A DNA stretch of 64,000 nucleotides from Bacteroidales bacterium (GCA_012519885.1 JAAYPI010000009.1:10163-74162), one strand, 5' to 3'. Counted from the stretch's first letter, positions 16,427-26,777 are shown. Numbers and translations are program-made. The notes: generated by a model not told the origin, from the sequence alone.

Positions 16427-17251
16427 TTACAAACGTTTGTACCAAACGTTCATACTTTGGATACTACCAGAGATTTGGGTATTTTGAATAAGTGTGCCAG
16501 TATATTGATACTGAGCATTGTAAAAAGTTTTGTTCATAGGCATGCACTGCAAACGAGCAATGGTGTATACGGTAACATACTTATCTTTGCGCAAAGCGTG
16601 TTCCATTTCAATAAGCAAATGGCTAGCCAAACACATGCCTCTATGCGAGGGGAGTACAGCAAAATCGGTCATTTCTGCATTTTTATTTTCTGCATCGCAT
16701 TCGGCTGAGCTTATAGCTACCAGCTTGTTTGCTTCAAATACCCCAAAATAACGTGTACCATCTAACATAGATTGTTGCAAAAAGTCTGTTTCAAAAATGG
16801 GGAATGGGTATGTTTCAAATACTTGTTTAAATACGGATATCATGTTTGGGATATCGGTGTTGCAGAGTTCCCGTAGGTGTAATGCTTGGTTGAGAGATTT
16901 TGTACATGTCGAAGGCAAGGTGTTGCACATGTTTTGGAGTAATCCTAAATAATGTTTTTCGGCTTGCTGTCTTTCTTTCTGTGTATACTTACACATAAAC
17001 AGAACATCTGTTTGGTCAGCGAAGTAGGCTGGGATATATGCTTCTAGCTGATAATTATATTGATTAAAAAAAGGACTGTATTTAGTAGGGACTTTAACAA
17101 TGATTTTTGTAGCCCCATTTTTACTCGAGATATCGTCAAGGTATTCAATAATGTGGGGTAAGTCTTGGGTACAAAGCTTAGTTACATAGATACGTTTGCT
17201 TGCTTTGTCTTCTAGTATGTTTGATAGCATGCTGGCTTGTGTTTTATTCAT
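16427..17251 (-). CDS. ablB: Putative beta-lysine N6-acetyltransferase (GNAT, AblB type)
   Basis: C-terminal GNAT fold ([36 protein letters not shown]). It lies immediately downstream of lysine 2,3-aminomutase, with an ATGAATAA start/stop overlap. The track start at 17347 lies inside ablA. Confidence 0.65.
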   Translation of the reverse strand: MNKTQASMLSNILEDKASKRIYVTKLCTQDLPHIIEYLDDISSKNGATKIIVKVPTKYSPFFNQYNYQLEAYIPAYFADQTDVLFMCKYTQKERQQAEKHYLGLLQNMCNTLPSTCTKSLNQALHLRELCNTDIPNMISVFKQVFETYPFPIFETDFLQQSMLDGTRYFGVFEANKLVAISSAECDAENKNAEMTDFAVLPSHRGMCLASHLLIEMEHALRKDKYVTVYTIARLQCMPMNKTFYNAQYQYTGTLIQNTQISGSIQSMNVWYKRL

Positions 17252-18563
17252 AGCTTGTGTCTCTTCGTTCAACGCGTTCGTTTTCTGACGGAATGAGGGA
17301 GATTGTTTCATCATAATCAGAAAGTAATCGCTCAATTCCGATGGCATTTATTTCGCAAGCTCCATCAATATCTAATTCGAGGTTACATTCCTTGCAATTT
17401 CTATCACAAATTGTCGTTTCGTAATTTGTGGGTTCTTGGTATGAGGTAATTACACCTTCGTAGTTTCGCAGAATAACTTTGTTGGTACTCCACGAAATTA
17501 AGTAGTTTGGCATAACAGGTATTTTACCACCACCACCAGGAGCATCAATTACATACGTTGGCACAGCAAACCCGCTGGTGTGTCCAATCAAACTCTCCAT
17601 AATTTCTATTCCTTTACCAATAGGTGTTCTAAAGTGCGACAGACCCTCAGACAAATCACATTGGTATAAATAATATGGGCGAATACGATTTCGCACCAAT
17701 TCGTGTACCAGTTTTTTCATAATGCGAGGACAATCATTTACATCTGCCAATAATACAGTTTGATTCCCCAGAGGAATACCTGCATTTGCCAATTTATTGA
17801 TGGCTTCTTTAGCTGAGTCTGTTATCTCGCGTGGATGGTTAAAATGGGTATTTAACCAAATAGGATGATGTTTCTTTAGCGTATTGACTAATTCGTCAGT
17901 TACACGGTAGGGTAATACTACAGGTATACGAGAGCCAATACGTATAACTTCGATATGTGGTATTTTGCGTAATTCTGTCAGAATCCAATCGAGGTATTCG
18001 TCTGATAATAATAGCGGATCGCCACCTGACAATAATACGTCTCTAATTTGAGGGGTATTTTTAATATAATCGAGTCCTACTTGTATGTGCGATTTGCTAG
18101 GAATATGGTCGGTGTCGCCTACTTTTCTCTTACGAGTACAATGTCTGCAATACATAGCACATACATTGCTTACCAAAAATAATACCCTATCTGGATAGCG
18201 ATGAGTGATACCAGGCACAGGACTATCATGGTCTTCTGATAGTGGGTCAGACATTTCGCTTGACGATACGATAAGTTCTCTATTGTCCAAAAATGATTGT
18301 TTAAATATGGGATCGTATTGGTAGTTGCTTTTTTTAATTAACGATAGGTAGTAGGGCGTAATCGACAAGGGGAATTTATCTTGTGTGGTTTTAAACAATT
18401 GTTTTTCCTTTTCGGTAAACGTAATTCCAGTTAGTTTTTCAAATTGATCAATTGTTTTGATAGCATTACGCAATTGCCATTTCCAATCTTTCCAATTTTT
18501 TAAATCCGCTGATGGCTGAATTTTTTCGGCAATTTTTTGTTGATGAGATGTATATATATTCAT
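17244..18563 (-). CDS. ablA: Lysine 2,3-aminomutase (radical SAM, KamA/AblA)
   Basis: [11 protein letters not shown] radical-SAM cluster motif, conserved KamA blocks ([31 protein letters not shown]), 439 aa. Confidence 0.85.
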   Translation of the reverse strand: MNIYTSHQQKIAEKIQPSADLKNWKDWKWQLRNAIKTIDQFEKLTGITFTEKEKQLFKTTQDKFPLSITPYYLSLIKKSNYQYDPIFKQSFLDNRELIVSSSEMSDPLSEDHDSPVPGITHRYPDRVLFLVSNVCAMYCRHCTRKRKVGDTDHIPSKSHIQVGLDYIKNTPQIRDVLLSGGDPLLLSDEYLDWILTELRKIPHIEVIRIGSRIPVVLPYRVTDELVNTLKKHHPIWLNTHFNHPREITDSAKEAINKLANAGIPLGNQTVLLADVNDCPRIMKKLVHELVRNRIRPYYLYQCDLSEGLSHFRTPIGKGIEIMESLIGHTSGFAVPTYVIDAPGGGGKIPVMPNYLISWSTNKVILRNYEGVITSYQEPTNYETTICDRNCKECNLELDIDGACEINAIGIERLLSDYDETISLIPSENERVERRDTSYE

Positions 18564-18761
18564 ACTATACTATTTTTAGTAGTAAGGTATATACCAACCA
18601 CAAGTATATACTTACTTGTGAGTAACTAATAGAAAATTTGGCTATAACTAATTTTACTCCTATAATTGTTCGTGAGCAGAGTAAAGAGAACCGACAAATG
18701 TGTCAGTGTTATTGTTGAATAAAAAGCCTTTAAAACGTGGTTGTAACAAAAAAAAGATGTG

Positions 18762-18769
18762 CAAATGTA
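18762..18769 (-). promoter_or_regulatory. Candidate -7 box TACATTTG for ablAB, implying a ~190-nt leader
   Basis: This is the only TAnnTTTG match on the minus strand between the ablA ATG (18563) and the upstream terminator. Confidence 0.35.
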
Positions 18770-18841
18770 GCTAAAATTGTGCTTAAAGAGGCTACAAATA
18801 GGCAATAAAAATCAATCTGAGTTAGTTGCTTGTAAACAAAA

Positions 18842-18879
18842 CACGTGTATAATAACCGATATCAGTATCATACACGTGA
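18842..18879 (-). terminator. Probable terminator after the porin-like gene
   Basis: A 9-bp stem, CACGTGTAT (18842..18850) with ATACACGTG (18870..18878), and a 19-nt loop. T-rich afterwards on the minus strand. Confidence 0.5.
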
Positions 18880-18914
18880 GCGTTAAAATAAGTTAATTTA
18901 CATAAGGGATTGTG

Positions 18915-20192
18915 CTAAAATATAAAAGTAGCTGATAAAACCCCTCTTATGTTAGATGTTTCGGTAGCATTTTTTATTTTTCCTTTTTTGCCATAATCAA
19001 CATCTCCGTAGGTAGCCACATTGTAATCCACCTCAGCCCCAAAAACCCAACGTTCTATTTTATATGTAAGCGAAGTAGATGCACGGTAAATATGGTCAAT
19101 GTTTTGCCAGCGACCAAACAAAGCCCCATTGGCAGTTGTATCAAGAATGTTATCAGAGAATCCTAAATTTTTGTGGTAACCTCCAAAAATACCGGCTATC
19201 CATTTTTTACCATACGTAAAGTTTATCCATGACGAAATTGCGTTTGATGGTGTATAGGTACGGTGTCCTGTTGCTACATCGTGTGTTTGTACGGCATAGC
19301 CACCAGGCATAGTTAGTTCGCTTAAATTTTGTCCATATAATATGCTGGCTTTGGCATTAAATAAGTTGAGTTTGTAGTCCACGATACCACCTACTGCATA
19401 CGAAGATACAGTTTCGTTGGTGATAAATGTACCTAAATCACCCTTCCTAAAAGTTGCCGGACGAGTAATTTTATATTCAGAAAGTAAACCTAACATCAAA
19501 TTGTCTGTTTTATGAAATACTTGCAAATGCATATCAGGTATTGGGTTAGCACGTACATCTGCAAAAGCTGTAGAATCTAATGTGCTACGGTGTTCGGTTT
19601 GTATTAAGGCAGCACCTAAAATGCTAATCTTGTCTGTGAGTCTGTAAGTAACTCGTACTTGGTCGCCTCTACCAAACGGACGAAACGGAATGGCTGTGTG
19701 TAATCCCAATACTGATGGAAAATGGATGGCTGCTAAGGGGTTCCACGATTTACCAAATAGAACATCTGTTTTTGTCCATGATAATTGACCATAAGCATGA
19801 CGATAGCGTAGGTTAACGCTATTTCCTCCGGTAAAATCAAATTCGAAAAATGCCGATGATTTTGCATTAAACACCGATGGTCCTGTAAACAAGGCATTAA
19901 AACGTGTAGCTTGTGTGGAGAAATTGTGACGTACTACATTGTTTATATCTTTTCCATTTTTATCATATACGGGTTTTTCAGGAAAAAAGCCAAATAAATC
20001 ATCGAGTGCTCCTGCCATTTCTTTGGAGTCAACATAGTATTCAGCACGCATAAAACCGCCAAATTTTACGTTCACATCTTTGCTTAATGTAACAACGGGA
20101 ATTAGTGGTTTCTCTGTACTTACATTGTCTTGTGCCTGAGCAAAAAATAGGCATCCAATGAGTGATGCTACTAAAAAAGCTGTTTTCTTCAT
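18915..20192 (-). CDS. Outer-membrane beta-barrel (porin-like) protein
   Basis: Signal peptide MKKTAFLVASLIGCLFFAQA, alternating amphipathic strands, and a C-terminal aromatic residue (...SATFIF). Confidence 0.6.
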   Translation of the reverse strand: MKKTAFLVASLIGCLFFAQAQDNVSTEKPLIPVVTLSKDVNVKFGGFMRAEYYVDSKEMAGALDDLFGFFPEKPVYDKNGKDINNVVRHNFSTQATRFNALFTGPSVFNAKSSAFFEFDFTGGNSVNLRYRHAYGQLSWTKTDVLFGKSWNPLAAIHFPSVLGLHTAIPFRPFGRGDQVRVTYRLTDKISILGAALIQTEHRSTLDSTAFADVRANPIPDMHLQVFHKTDNLMLGLLSEYKITRPATFRKGDLGTFITNETVSSYAVGGIVDYKLNLFNAKASILYGQNLSELTMPGGYAVQTHDVATGHRTYTPSNAISSWINFTYGKKWIAGIFGGYHKNLGFSDNILDTTANGALFGRWQNIDHIYRASTSLTYKIERWVFGAEVDYNVATYGDVDYGKKGKIKNATETSNIRGVLSATFIF

Positions 20193-20268
20193 AGTGCTTT
20201 TTATTAGTTATCTGTTATCTTGTTATCGAATTGTGTAAAAAACTGATTAACTGTAAATTTTGTCGCTG

Positions 20269-20276
20269 CAAAAGTA
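20269..20276 (-). promoter_or_regulatory. -7 box TACTTTTG for the porin-like gene
   Basis: TAnnTTTG on the minus strand, 77 nt upstream of ATG 20192. Confidence 0.4.
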
Positions 20277-20357
20277 AGTATTTGTTTTAGGTTATGCAAA
20301 TTTGTTAATAAAATAAAAATAGTTAATAGTATACATAGGAAAAACTATTTTTAGCTA

Positions 20358-20365
20358 TATATTTG
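20358..20365 (+). promoter_or_regulatory. -7 box TATATTTG for the Fur-family gene
   Basis: TAnnTTTG 64 nt upstream of ATG 20429. It overlaps the left arm of the inverted repeat. Confidence 0.5.
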
Positions 20366-20397
20366 CAACAATGATGCAAATAGAGCATTGTTGCAAA
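20362..20397. promoter_or_regulatory. Perfect 12-bp inverted repeat, TTTGCAACAATG-N12-CATTGTTGCAAA (candidate Fur-family operator)
   Basis: Arms at 20362..20373 and 20386..20397 are exact reverse complements. The site lies in the divergent porin / fur-family intergenic region, over the -7 box. Confidence 0.55.
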
Positions 20398-20428
20398 ATT
20401 AACTATTCACGCAAAATAAGTTTATTTT

Positions 20429-20833
20429 ATGAATCCAATTGATATTTTAAAGACACACCAGCTTAAACGAACTGTTTGTAGAGAAGGAATCCTATCTGCA
20501 CTATTGTCAGCCAACAAAGCATTGTCGGAAGAAGAAGTGAAAAGCAAAATTGATGGAAATTTTGATCGGACTACATTTTATCGCTCGTTTAAAACGCTTA
20601 TTGAGCATAATGTGTTGCACAAGATTGTGGTAGATGAGGGCTTGGTGAAATATGCCATTACCATTGTAGGCAAAACCCCCGAGCATCATCATGCTCATTT
20701 TGTGTGTAAGAAATGTCATACCGTTAGTTGTTTAGATGCGTTTACGTTTAAAGTGCCCAATTTGCCCTCTGGTTACCAAACAGAAGATTCTGATTTACTC
20801 ATTAAGGGCGTTTGCAAAATGTGTACTATATAG
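20429..20833 (+). CDS. Fur-family metalloregulator (possibly Zur-like)
   Basis: 134 aa with an N-terminal winged helix, a His cluster (PEHHHAHFVCKKCH) and a C-terminal CKMC. Confidence 0.8.
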   Translation: MNPIDILKTHQLKRTVCREGILSALLSANKALSEEEVKSKIDGNFDRTTFYRSFKTLIEHNVLHKIVVDEGLVKYAITIVGKTPEHHHAHFVCKKCHTVSCLDAFTFKVPNLPSGYQTEDSDLLIKGVCKMCTI

Positions 20834-20900
20834 TTTTGCAAAAACAGATTATCGGTTTTTAGTAAACTATGACTACCCTTATCAAAAAGGATTCTAACGA

Positions 20901-23297
20901 ATGAAACTATTTATATCTCTTTGTTTATTGGTGTTAACACATGCTTTGTATGCCGTACAATTTCAGGTAAAAGGAATTGTGTTGGATAACGAAGGGAAAA
21001 CTGTGCCTGGAGCAATTGTATCAGTATCTACCCCAAATCTATCAACATTAACCAACATTGATGGTTTCTTTCAGTTGGAGGCACCATTAAGCAACAAAAC
21101 GTTGCTACTCACCGTGCAGCATATAGGATATCTACCTTATAAACAAACAATAGAAAGCACGAATAGCGATACGCTTGTCATTGAATTATCATCTTCCAAT
21201 CAGTTGTTGCCAGAAGTGCTTGTTTCAGGAAATGGCTACTTGCTTCAAAAGCAAACTTTTGTTCCGCTAACGGTACAATCAGTTTCGGATAAAGAACTTA
21301 GGCACTATTTGGGAGGTAGCTTGATGCAATCTATAGAACGGATGTCGGGCGTGAGTGCCATGCAGATAGGTTCTGGACAGTCGAAACCCGTAATTAGAGG
21401 CTTGGGTTTTAATCGATTAGTGGTTGTAGAAAATGGGATAAAACACGAAGGACAACAGTGGGCAGCCGATCATGGATTGGAGATAGACCAATTTGCTGTT
21501 CATCATATTGAAATTGTAAAAGGTCCTGCCGCCTTAGGTTATGGAGCCGAGGCTATTGCGGGAGTTATTGCTCTTACGCACGATTCGGTACCAAAAGATA
21601 ATGGCATGCGAGCTACTTGGGATATGGTAGGAAAATCAAATAATCAATTGTTGGGTAGTTCGTTGCAACTAGCTTATAGAAAAAACCGAATATTCTTTAC
21701 ATTGCGAGGTACGCTCATAGATTATGCCGATTTTCGTGTTACTACTGATAGTGTAGCCATGTATTCGTATAAGGTTGGTTTGCACAATAAACAACTGCGT
21801 AATACTGCTGGGAAAGAAAAAAATCTACATACATCAGTTGGTTATACAAGTTCAAACCTAACAACACGTTTTTACGTAAGTAATATGTCGTCAAAGACGG
21901 GTTTTTTTGCCAATGCACATGGTTTAGAGCCACGTAGAGTAAACGAAATTGTACATGATGCATCTGACAGGGACATTTTGTTTCCTTACTCAGAAGTGCA
22001 CCATCTCAAAATAACCAACCAAACAGAATGGCTAAAAGATAATTTTAAAGTACAAGCTCAATTGGGTTTCCAACGAAATTTTAGGCAAGAAATGAGTGCG
22101 TATGTAAGTCATGGCTATATGCCAGCTGTTTTTCCAGATAATATGCCCTTTTCTTCTTCTCTTGAAAGGGAATTTGATAAGTATATTTATACAGCCAATG
22201 TGCGTATGATGTATCAATTTGCCTCGCGTTTTAGCATAGTAGCAGGCAATCAGCTTGATTATCAACACAATGCTATAAATGGAAGGGGATTTATTCTTCC
22301 TGCTTTCACAAAATTTGCAGACGGTCTATATGCCCTGGCTCTATACACACCGTCATCGCACACTACGTGGCAAGGGGGTATCCGGTATGATTATGGCTCT
22401 ATTCGTACTACGGCTTATGCTGATTGGTACAAAAGCCCTACAGTGGAGTCTGCTTCTCTGAATGAGTGGGATTATATAGAAAGAGCTTCGGCTATGTATC
22501 GTCAATTTAATGCGTTTTCGTGGTCGATGGGCTACCGTTATTCCAAAGATATACTAGAACTAAAATGGAATATTGGAAAAAGTTTTCGCATGCCAGATGC
22601 CAAAGAGTTGGCAGCCAATGGTGTTAATTATCATCAGTTTAGCTACGAAAAAGGAGATGCATCTTTACAGCCAGAAATAGCCTATCAATTGGATGGAACT
22701 ATAGGTTTTGCAACGAGCAAATGGGGTATTCAAACTACGCCGTTTATCAATTATTTTTCCAATTATATTTATTTAAACCCTACAGCTAATCACGATTGGC
22801 TATATGGCAATGGCAATCAGGTATTTGAATATTCTCAAGCAGCAGTATTGCGTTATGGCACAGAGCTTGATGCTCATTATCAATTGTTTAAACCATTATC
22901 AGTAGCTTTCACTGCAGAAATGGTAGTCGCTCGTCAGTTATCGGGAGAAAAAAAAGGATATTCGCTTCCATTTTCACCTCCACATTCTGTTATTTTTAGT
23001 GTACAGTATCAACCCGAAAAATGGATGTTTTTTACTAATCCGTATATAGGATTTGATTGGCGATTGGTGGCAACACAAACCCATATTGTGCCTCCTGAGG
23101 AAATTACACAAGGCTACAATACCTTGGATGCTCGTTTGGGGAGCGATTTTAGTTTTTTGCAACGCACGGTTTCTCTATCTATACAAATTCAGAATATGCT
23201 TAATACGAGGTATTTTAATCACGCTAGTTATTATCGTTTAATCAATGTACCCGAACCAGGTACTAATTTAATTGTCAACTTGAGAATGTTTATATAA
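20901..23297 (+). CDS. TonB-dependent outer-membrane receptor with an N-terminal carboxypeptidase-regulatory-like domain
   Basis: Signal peptide, CarbopepD_reg-like start (VKGIVLDNEGKTVPGAIVSV), plug domain (IERMSGVSAMQIGSGQSKPVIRGLG), and a terminal F after a long beta-barrel. Confidence 0.85.
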   Translation: MKLFISLCLLVLTHALYAVQFQVKGIVLDNEGKTVPGAIVSVSTPNLSTLTNIDGFFQLEAPLSNKTLLLTVQHIGYLPYKQTIESTNSDTLVIELSSSNQLLPEVLVSGNGYLLQKQTFVPLTVQSVSDKELRHYLGGSLMQSIERMSGVSAMQIGSGQSKPVIRGLGFNRLVVVENGIKHEGQQWAADHGLEIDQFAVHHIEIVKGPAALGYGAEAIAGVIALTHDSVPKDNGMRATWDMVGKSNNQLLGSSLQLAYRKNRIFFTLRGTLIDYADFRVTTDSVAMYSYKVGLHNKQLRNTAGKEKNLHTSVGYTSSNLTTRFYVSNMSSKTGFFANAHGLEPRRVNEIVHDASDRDILFPYSEVHHLKITNQTEWLKDNFKVQAQLGFQRNFRQEMSAYVSHGYMPAVFPDNMPFSSSLEREFDKYIYTANVRMMYQFASRFSIVAGNQLDYQHNAINGRGFILPAFTKFADGLYALALYTPSSHTTWQGGIRYDYGSIRTTAYADWYKSPTVESASLNEWDYIERASAMYRQFNAFSWSMGYRYSKDILELKWNIGKSFRMPDAKELAANGVNYHQFSYEKGDASLQPEIAYQLDGTIGFATSKWGIQTTPFINYFSNYIYLNPTANHDWLYGNGNQVFEYSQAAVLRYGTELDAHYQLFKPLSVAFTAEMVVARQLSGEKKGYSLPFSPPHSVIFSVQYQPEKWMFFTNPYIGFDWRLVATQTHIVPPEEITQGYNTLDARLGSDFSFLQRTVSLSIQIQNMLNTRYFNHASYYRLINVPEPGTNLIVNLRMFI

Positions 23298-23331
23298 ATC
23301 ATTTTTTTTACTTTTTAAACCTATTTATAAT

Positions 23332-23742
23332 ATGAAAACAAAAATTTTTAGTTTAGTTAGCTTAGTTGCCTTGACCGTATTAGTGGCTTGTAGCACCACA
23401 GAACCAGTATCAAAACCAACAATAAATGCACTAGAGGTAGGTCTTGGTAACTCAAAAATAGCCTATATTGGGGGAGACCTACACATCGAAGCTGAAATTG
23501 AGGCAATGGGAAGAATAGAATTAATTACCATTATGCTTCATCCAGAAGAAGGTGAAGGGGATGAAATTCTTGTATCTTATACTGAATTTGCAGGGTTAAG
23601 AAATACCACATTTCATAAACATATTGATATTCCAGATGGCACTGAGCCTGGAGAGTATCATTTTCATTTAACTGTTACTGATAAAGAGGGAAACCAAACT
23701 GCTGTAGAGTCGGATGTATCTATTCAAGAGCTGATGGATTAA
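23332..23742 (+). CDS. DUF4625-type lipoprotein
   Basis: Lipobox LVACS. Ig-like domain with IGGDLHIEAEIEA...GEYHFHLTVTDKEGN. It follows a TonB receptor, the usual context for this family. Confidence 0.65.
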   Translation: MKTKIFSLVSLVALTVLVACSTTEPVSKPTINALEVGLGNSKIAYIGGDLHIEAEIEAMGRIELITIMLHPEEGEGDEILVSYTEFAGLRNTTFHKHIDIPDGTEPGEYHFHLTVTDKEGNQTAVESDVSIQELMD

Positions 23743-23899
23743 GAAACTCCTGCATTAACAATAATTTCATTCTCTGAGGATAATGACACATATACAGATG
23801 GCGATATCCTATCTATTACTGATAATGATTATAGTTGCTTTATAAAATGGTAAACTAGGTAGCAGGTAAAAAAGCCTGCTACAATATTGAACAGAATTT

Positions 23900-24400
23900 A
23901 TGAAAAAATTTAGAAAAATATCACTATCTCTTTTTTTTGTTTTTCTATTGTTTGCTTGTACACAATCCGAAGGAATTGATATGCAAAAACCAGAGATTGA
24001 CTTAACCATACAAGAGGCTTCTCCTCTCAATTGTAATGTGTTTTATTTTGGAGAAACGATTACGCTACACTCTTTATTAAAAGATAATGTTGAGCTAGGA
24101 ACCTATAGTGTTGAAATTCATCATAATTTCGACCATCATTCTCATAGTACAGATGTGATGAACTGTGATTTATTGCCCAAAAGGAAAGCAGAGAATCCTT
24201 TTGTTTTTATTAAAGGATACGGTATTCCTGTTGGTCAAACCAGCCATCAAACGGCTACAGAAATAGAGTTGCCTACTGGAAATGAATTGGGATTATTCGA
24301 CGAAGGCGATTATCATTTTTTTATATCTCTTACCGACAAGCAAGGATGGTCAACTCAAAAAGGTATATCAATAAAAATTATTCACAAACCAATTGATTAA
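23900..24400 (+). CDS. DUF4625-type lipoprotein with a His-rich segment
   Basis: Lipobox LFACT, DNVELGTYSVEIHHNFDHHSHSTD and GDYHFFISLTDKQG. Confidence 0.65.
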   Translation: MKKFRKISLSLFFVFLLFACTQSEGIDMQKPEIDLTIQEASPLNCNVFYFGETITLHSLLKDNVELGTYSVEIHHNFDHHSHSTDVMNCDLLPKRKAENPFVFIKGYGIPVGQTSHQTATEIELPTGNELGLFDEGDYHFFISLTDKQGWSTQKGISIKIIHKPID

Positions 24401-24531
24401 AAAAACTTGGCAATCTGTTGAGTTTTTTTTTTACAAATTGATAGTTTTATCTGTATTTTTTAGTAGTTTTACACGCTTTTATACTAGTATCGTGTGAGAT
24501 AATAAAATTATATATATCAAATTTCTATTTT

Positions 24532-26736
24532 ATGCCCAAATTGACGATTCTACCATCTAATTCTATTGGTGCAAATTTTATCCCAGCAGAATATTTGCCC
24601 GAAAACCACAATCAATTTACCTTTCGCAATCAACAAGTTAATAAACCACAAGATTATTGGAGACCACTTAAGTCAGAAGAAATTGAAAGGCTAGTTAAAA
24701 ACAACAATGCTGCCACAGATTGGACTCAAGTAATGGTGACAGATGAATTTGACACCGACCAAATTGCCAACAACCGTTTTTTTGGTTTAGTACGTATTGG
24801 TGCTGTACGCGATGTGGTAATAAAACACCACGACTTACAACTACCAGTAGGTATTACCAATAGTATCGTAGTATCGTGTGATATAGGCGATGATGTAGCT
24901 ATTCATAATGTGGGTTATTTATCGTACTATATTATTGGCGATAGGTGCATTATTTCTAATGTAAACGAACTAAATACATGCAACCATGCAAAATTTGGTA
25001 ATGGAATAGTAAAAGAAGGAGAACCCGAAAAAATACGTGTTTGGCTCGAATTAATGAACGAAACTGGGTGCAGAGGAGTAGCTCCCTTTGATGGTATGAT
25101 TGCTGCCGACGCTTATATGTGGGCACGATACAGAGATGATGAGGCTTTAATGAAAGCATTAACGCAGATTACTCAAAATAGCTTTGATACCCGTCGAGGC
25201 TATTATGGTACCATAGGCGATGAGTGCGTAGTGAAAAATTCTTTTGTAATTAAAGATGTAAAAGTAGGAACTCATTGTTATATTAAAGGGGCAAATAAGC
25301 TTAAAAATCTAACCATCAACTCGTCTATTGAAGAACCAACACAAATTGGCGAAGGGGTGGAACTAGTAAACGGTATTATTGGGTATGGCTGTCATATTTT
25401 TTATGGATGCAAAGCGGTGCGTTTTGTTATGGGAAATAACTCAAATTTAAAGTATGGAGCCCGACTAATTAATTCGTTCCTAGGAGATAATTCAACAATA
25501 TCGTGTTGTGAAGTGCTCAATAATCTTATATTCCCAGCACACGAACAGCATCATAACAACTCCTTTTTGGTAGCTGCTTTGGTTATGGGACAAAGCAATT
25601 TGGCTGCAGGGGCAACCATTGGTTCCAATCACAATAGCAGGGCTAATGATAACGAAATACAAGCGGGTAGGGGTTTTTGGCCCGGATTATGCACAAGTAT
25701 TAAGCATTCTTGTCGTTTTGCCTCTTTCGTAATGTTATCCAAAGCCGATTACCCCGCCGAAATGTATATTCCTTTCCCATTTTCGTTGCTCAACAATAAT
25801 GTTTCTAAAGACCAATTAGAAGTTACTCCTGCTTTTTGGTGGATGTATAACATGTATGCCCTAGAACGCAATACATGGAAATTTAAAGGCAGAGATGGTC
25901 GTAAAAGAAAAGTGCAACACATCGAATTAGAAGCCTTAGCCCCCGATTCGGTTGAGGAGATTTTTGATGCCATGTACTTACTCGAACTGTGGGTAGGAAA
26001 AGCGTTTTACCGTAAGCAACAACAAAACCTTAGCCAACTTACCGATGAGGCAATGCAACAAAAAGGAAAAGAATTATTGTTTTCGACTGCCGAAGCTGTA
26101 AATGCCTTAGAGGTTTTAGGCGAAGGAATGGAGAAAACAAAGCGAAAAGTGCTTATCATCAAAGCATATCAATCGTATCATGCCTATAGGGATATGGTGT
26201 ATTATTATGCAGTAAACACTATTTTTAACTGGATGCAACACGATACTTCGCGTACCTTTGCTGATATGGTAGTTGCTTTACAAGGGAATAGAGAAACCAA
26301 ATGGGCTAATTTTGGTGGTCAATTGATGCGAGAACAAGATGTTGACGCTTTGCGTCAAGATATAGGGAATGGCAAACTAACAACTTGGAATCAAATACAC
26401 CAACGATACGATAGTTTGTGGGAGCAATACCCATTACACAAACAGCAACACGCATATGCTTCGTTGTGCTCTGTGTTAGGCGTGAGTAACCTAACTCAAA
26501 AGCAATGGCTAGAAGTATTGGACAAATCGCTTGTGATACAAGAGTTTGTAAAAGACCAAGTGTACTTGTCGCGCAAAAAGGATTTTGATAATCCATATCG
26601 CAGAATGACATTTAGAAACGAAGCCGAAATGACCGCTGCTATTGGAACTATCGAGGACAATGGTTTTGTAAAGGAGGTACGTCAAATGACAGTAAAATTT
26701 AATGATTTAGTAAAAGAAATCAAACAAAGAGGTTAA
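24532..26736 (+). CDS. DUF4954-family protein with left-handed beta-helix (hexapeptide-like) repeats
   Basis: 734 aa. A central run of short repeats is rich in I/V-G-x-x, and the C-terminal region is helical. Family name is from recall of Bacteroidales homologues. Confidence 0.55.
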   Translation: MPKLTILPSNSIGANFIPAEYLPENHNQFTFRNQQVNKPQDYWRPLKSEEIERLVKNNNAATDWTQVMVTDEFDTDQIANNRFFGLVRIGAVRDVVIKHHDLQLPVGITNSIVVSCDIGDDVAIHNVGYLSYYIIGDRCIISNVNELNTCNHAKFGNGIVKEGEPEKIRVWLELMNETGCRGVAPFDGMIAADAYMWARYRDDEALMKALTQITQNSFDTRRGYYGTIGDECVVKNSFVIKDVKVGTHCYIKGANKLKNLTINSSIEEPTQIGEGVELVNGIIGYGCHIFYGCKAVRFVMGNNSNLKYGARLINSFLGDNSTISCCEVLNNLIFPAHEQHHNNSFLVAALVMGQSNLAAGATIGSNHNSRANDNEIQAGRGFWPGLCTSIKHSCRFASFVMLSKADYPAEMYIPFPFSLLNNNVSKDQLEVTPAFWWMYNMYALERNTWKFKGRDGRKRKVQHIELEALAPDSVEEIFDAMYLLELWVGKAFYRKQQQNLSQLTDEAMQQKGKELLFSTAEAVNALEVLGEGMEKTKRKVLIIKAYQSYHAYRDMVYYYAVNTIFNWMQHDTSRTFADMVVALQGNRETKWANFGGQLMREQDVDALRQDIGNGKLTTWNQIHQRYDSLWEQYPLHKQQHAYASLCSVLGVSNLTQKQWLEVLDKSLVIQEFVKDQVYLSRKKDFDNPYRRMTFRNEAEMTAAIGTIEDNGFVKEVRQMTVKFNDLVKEIKQRG

Positions 26737-26777
26737 TCATCTCTAGGTATTTATACGTTAAAAAAACGCAAAAAAAA

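Noticed and set aside
16429-16440. The perfect palindrome ACAAACGTTTGT at the 3' end of ablB
   Set aside because: It has no loop, so it cannot form a stable hairpin. It overlaps the stop codon and is not followed by a T tract, so it is likely coincidental.
18564-18761. A lysine (L-box) riboswitch in the long leader of ablA
   Set aside because: I could not find the conserved L-box core elements (for example the AGAGGCGC-type 5' motif or the characteristic multi-helix junction sequences). Only a simple hairpin and a palindrome are present.
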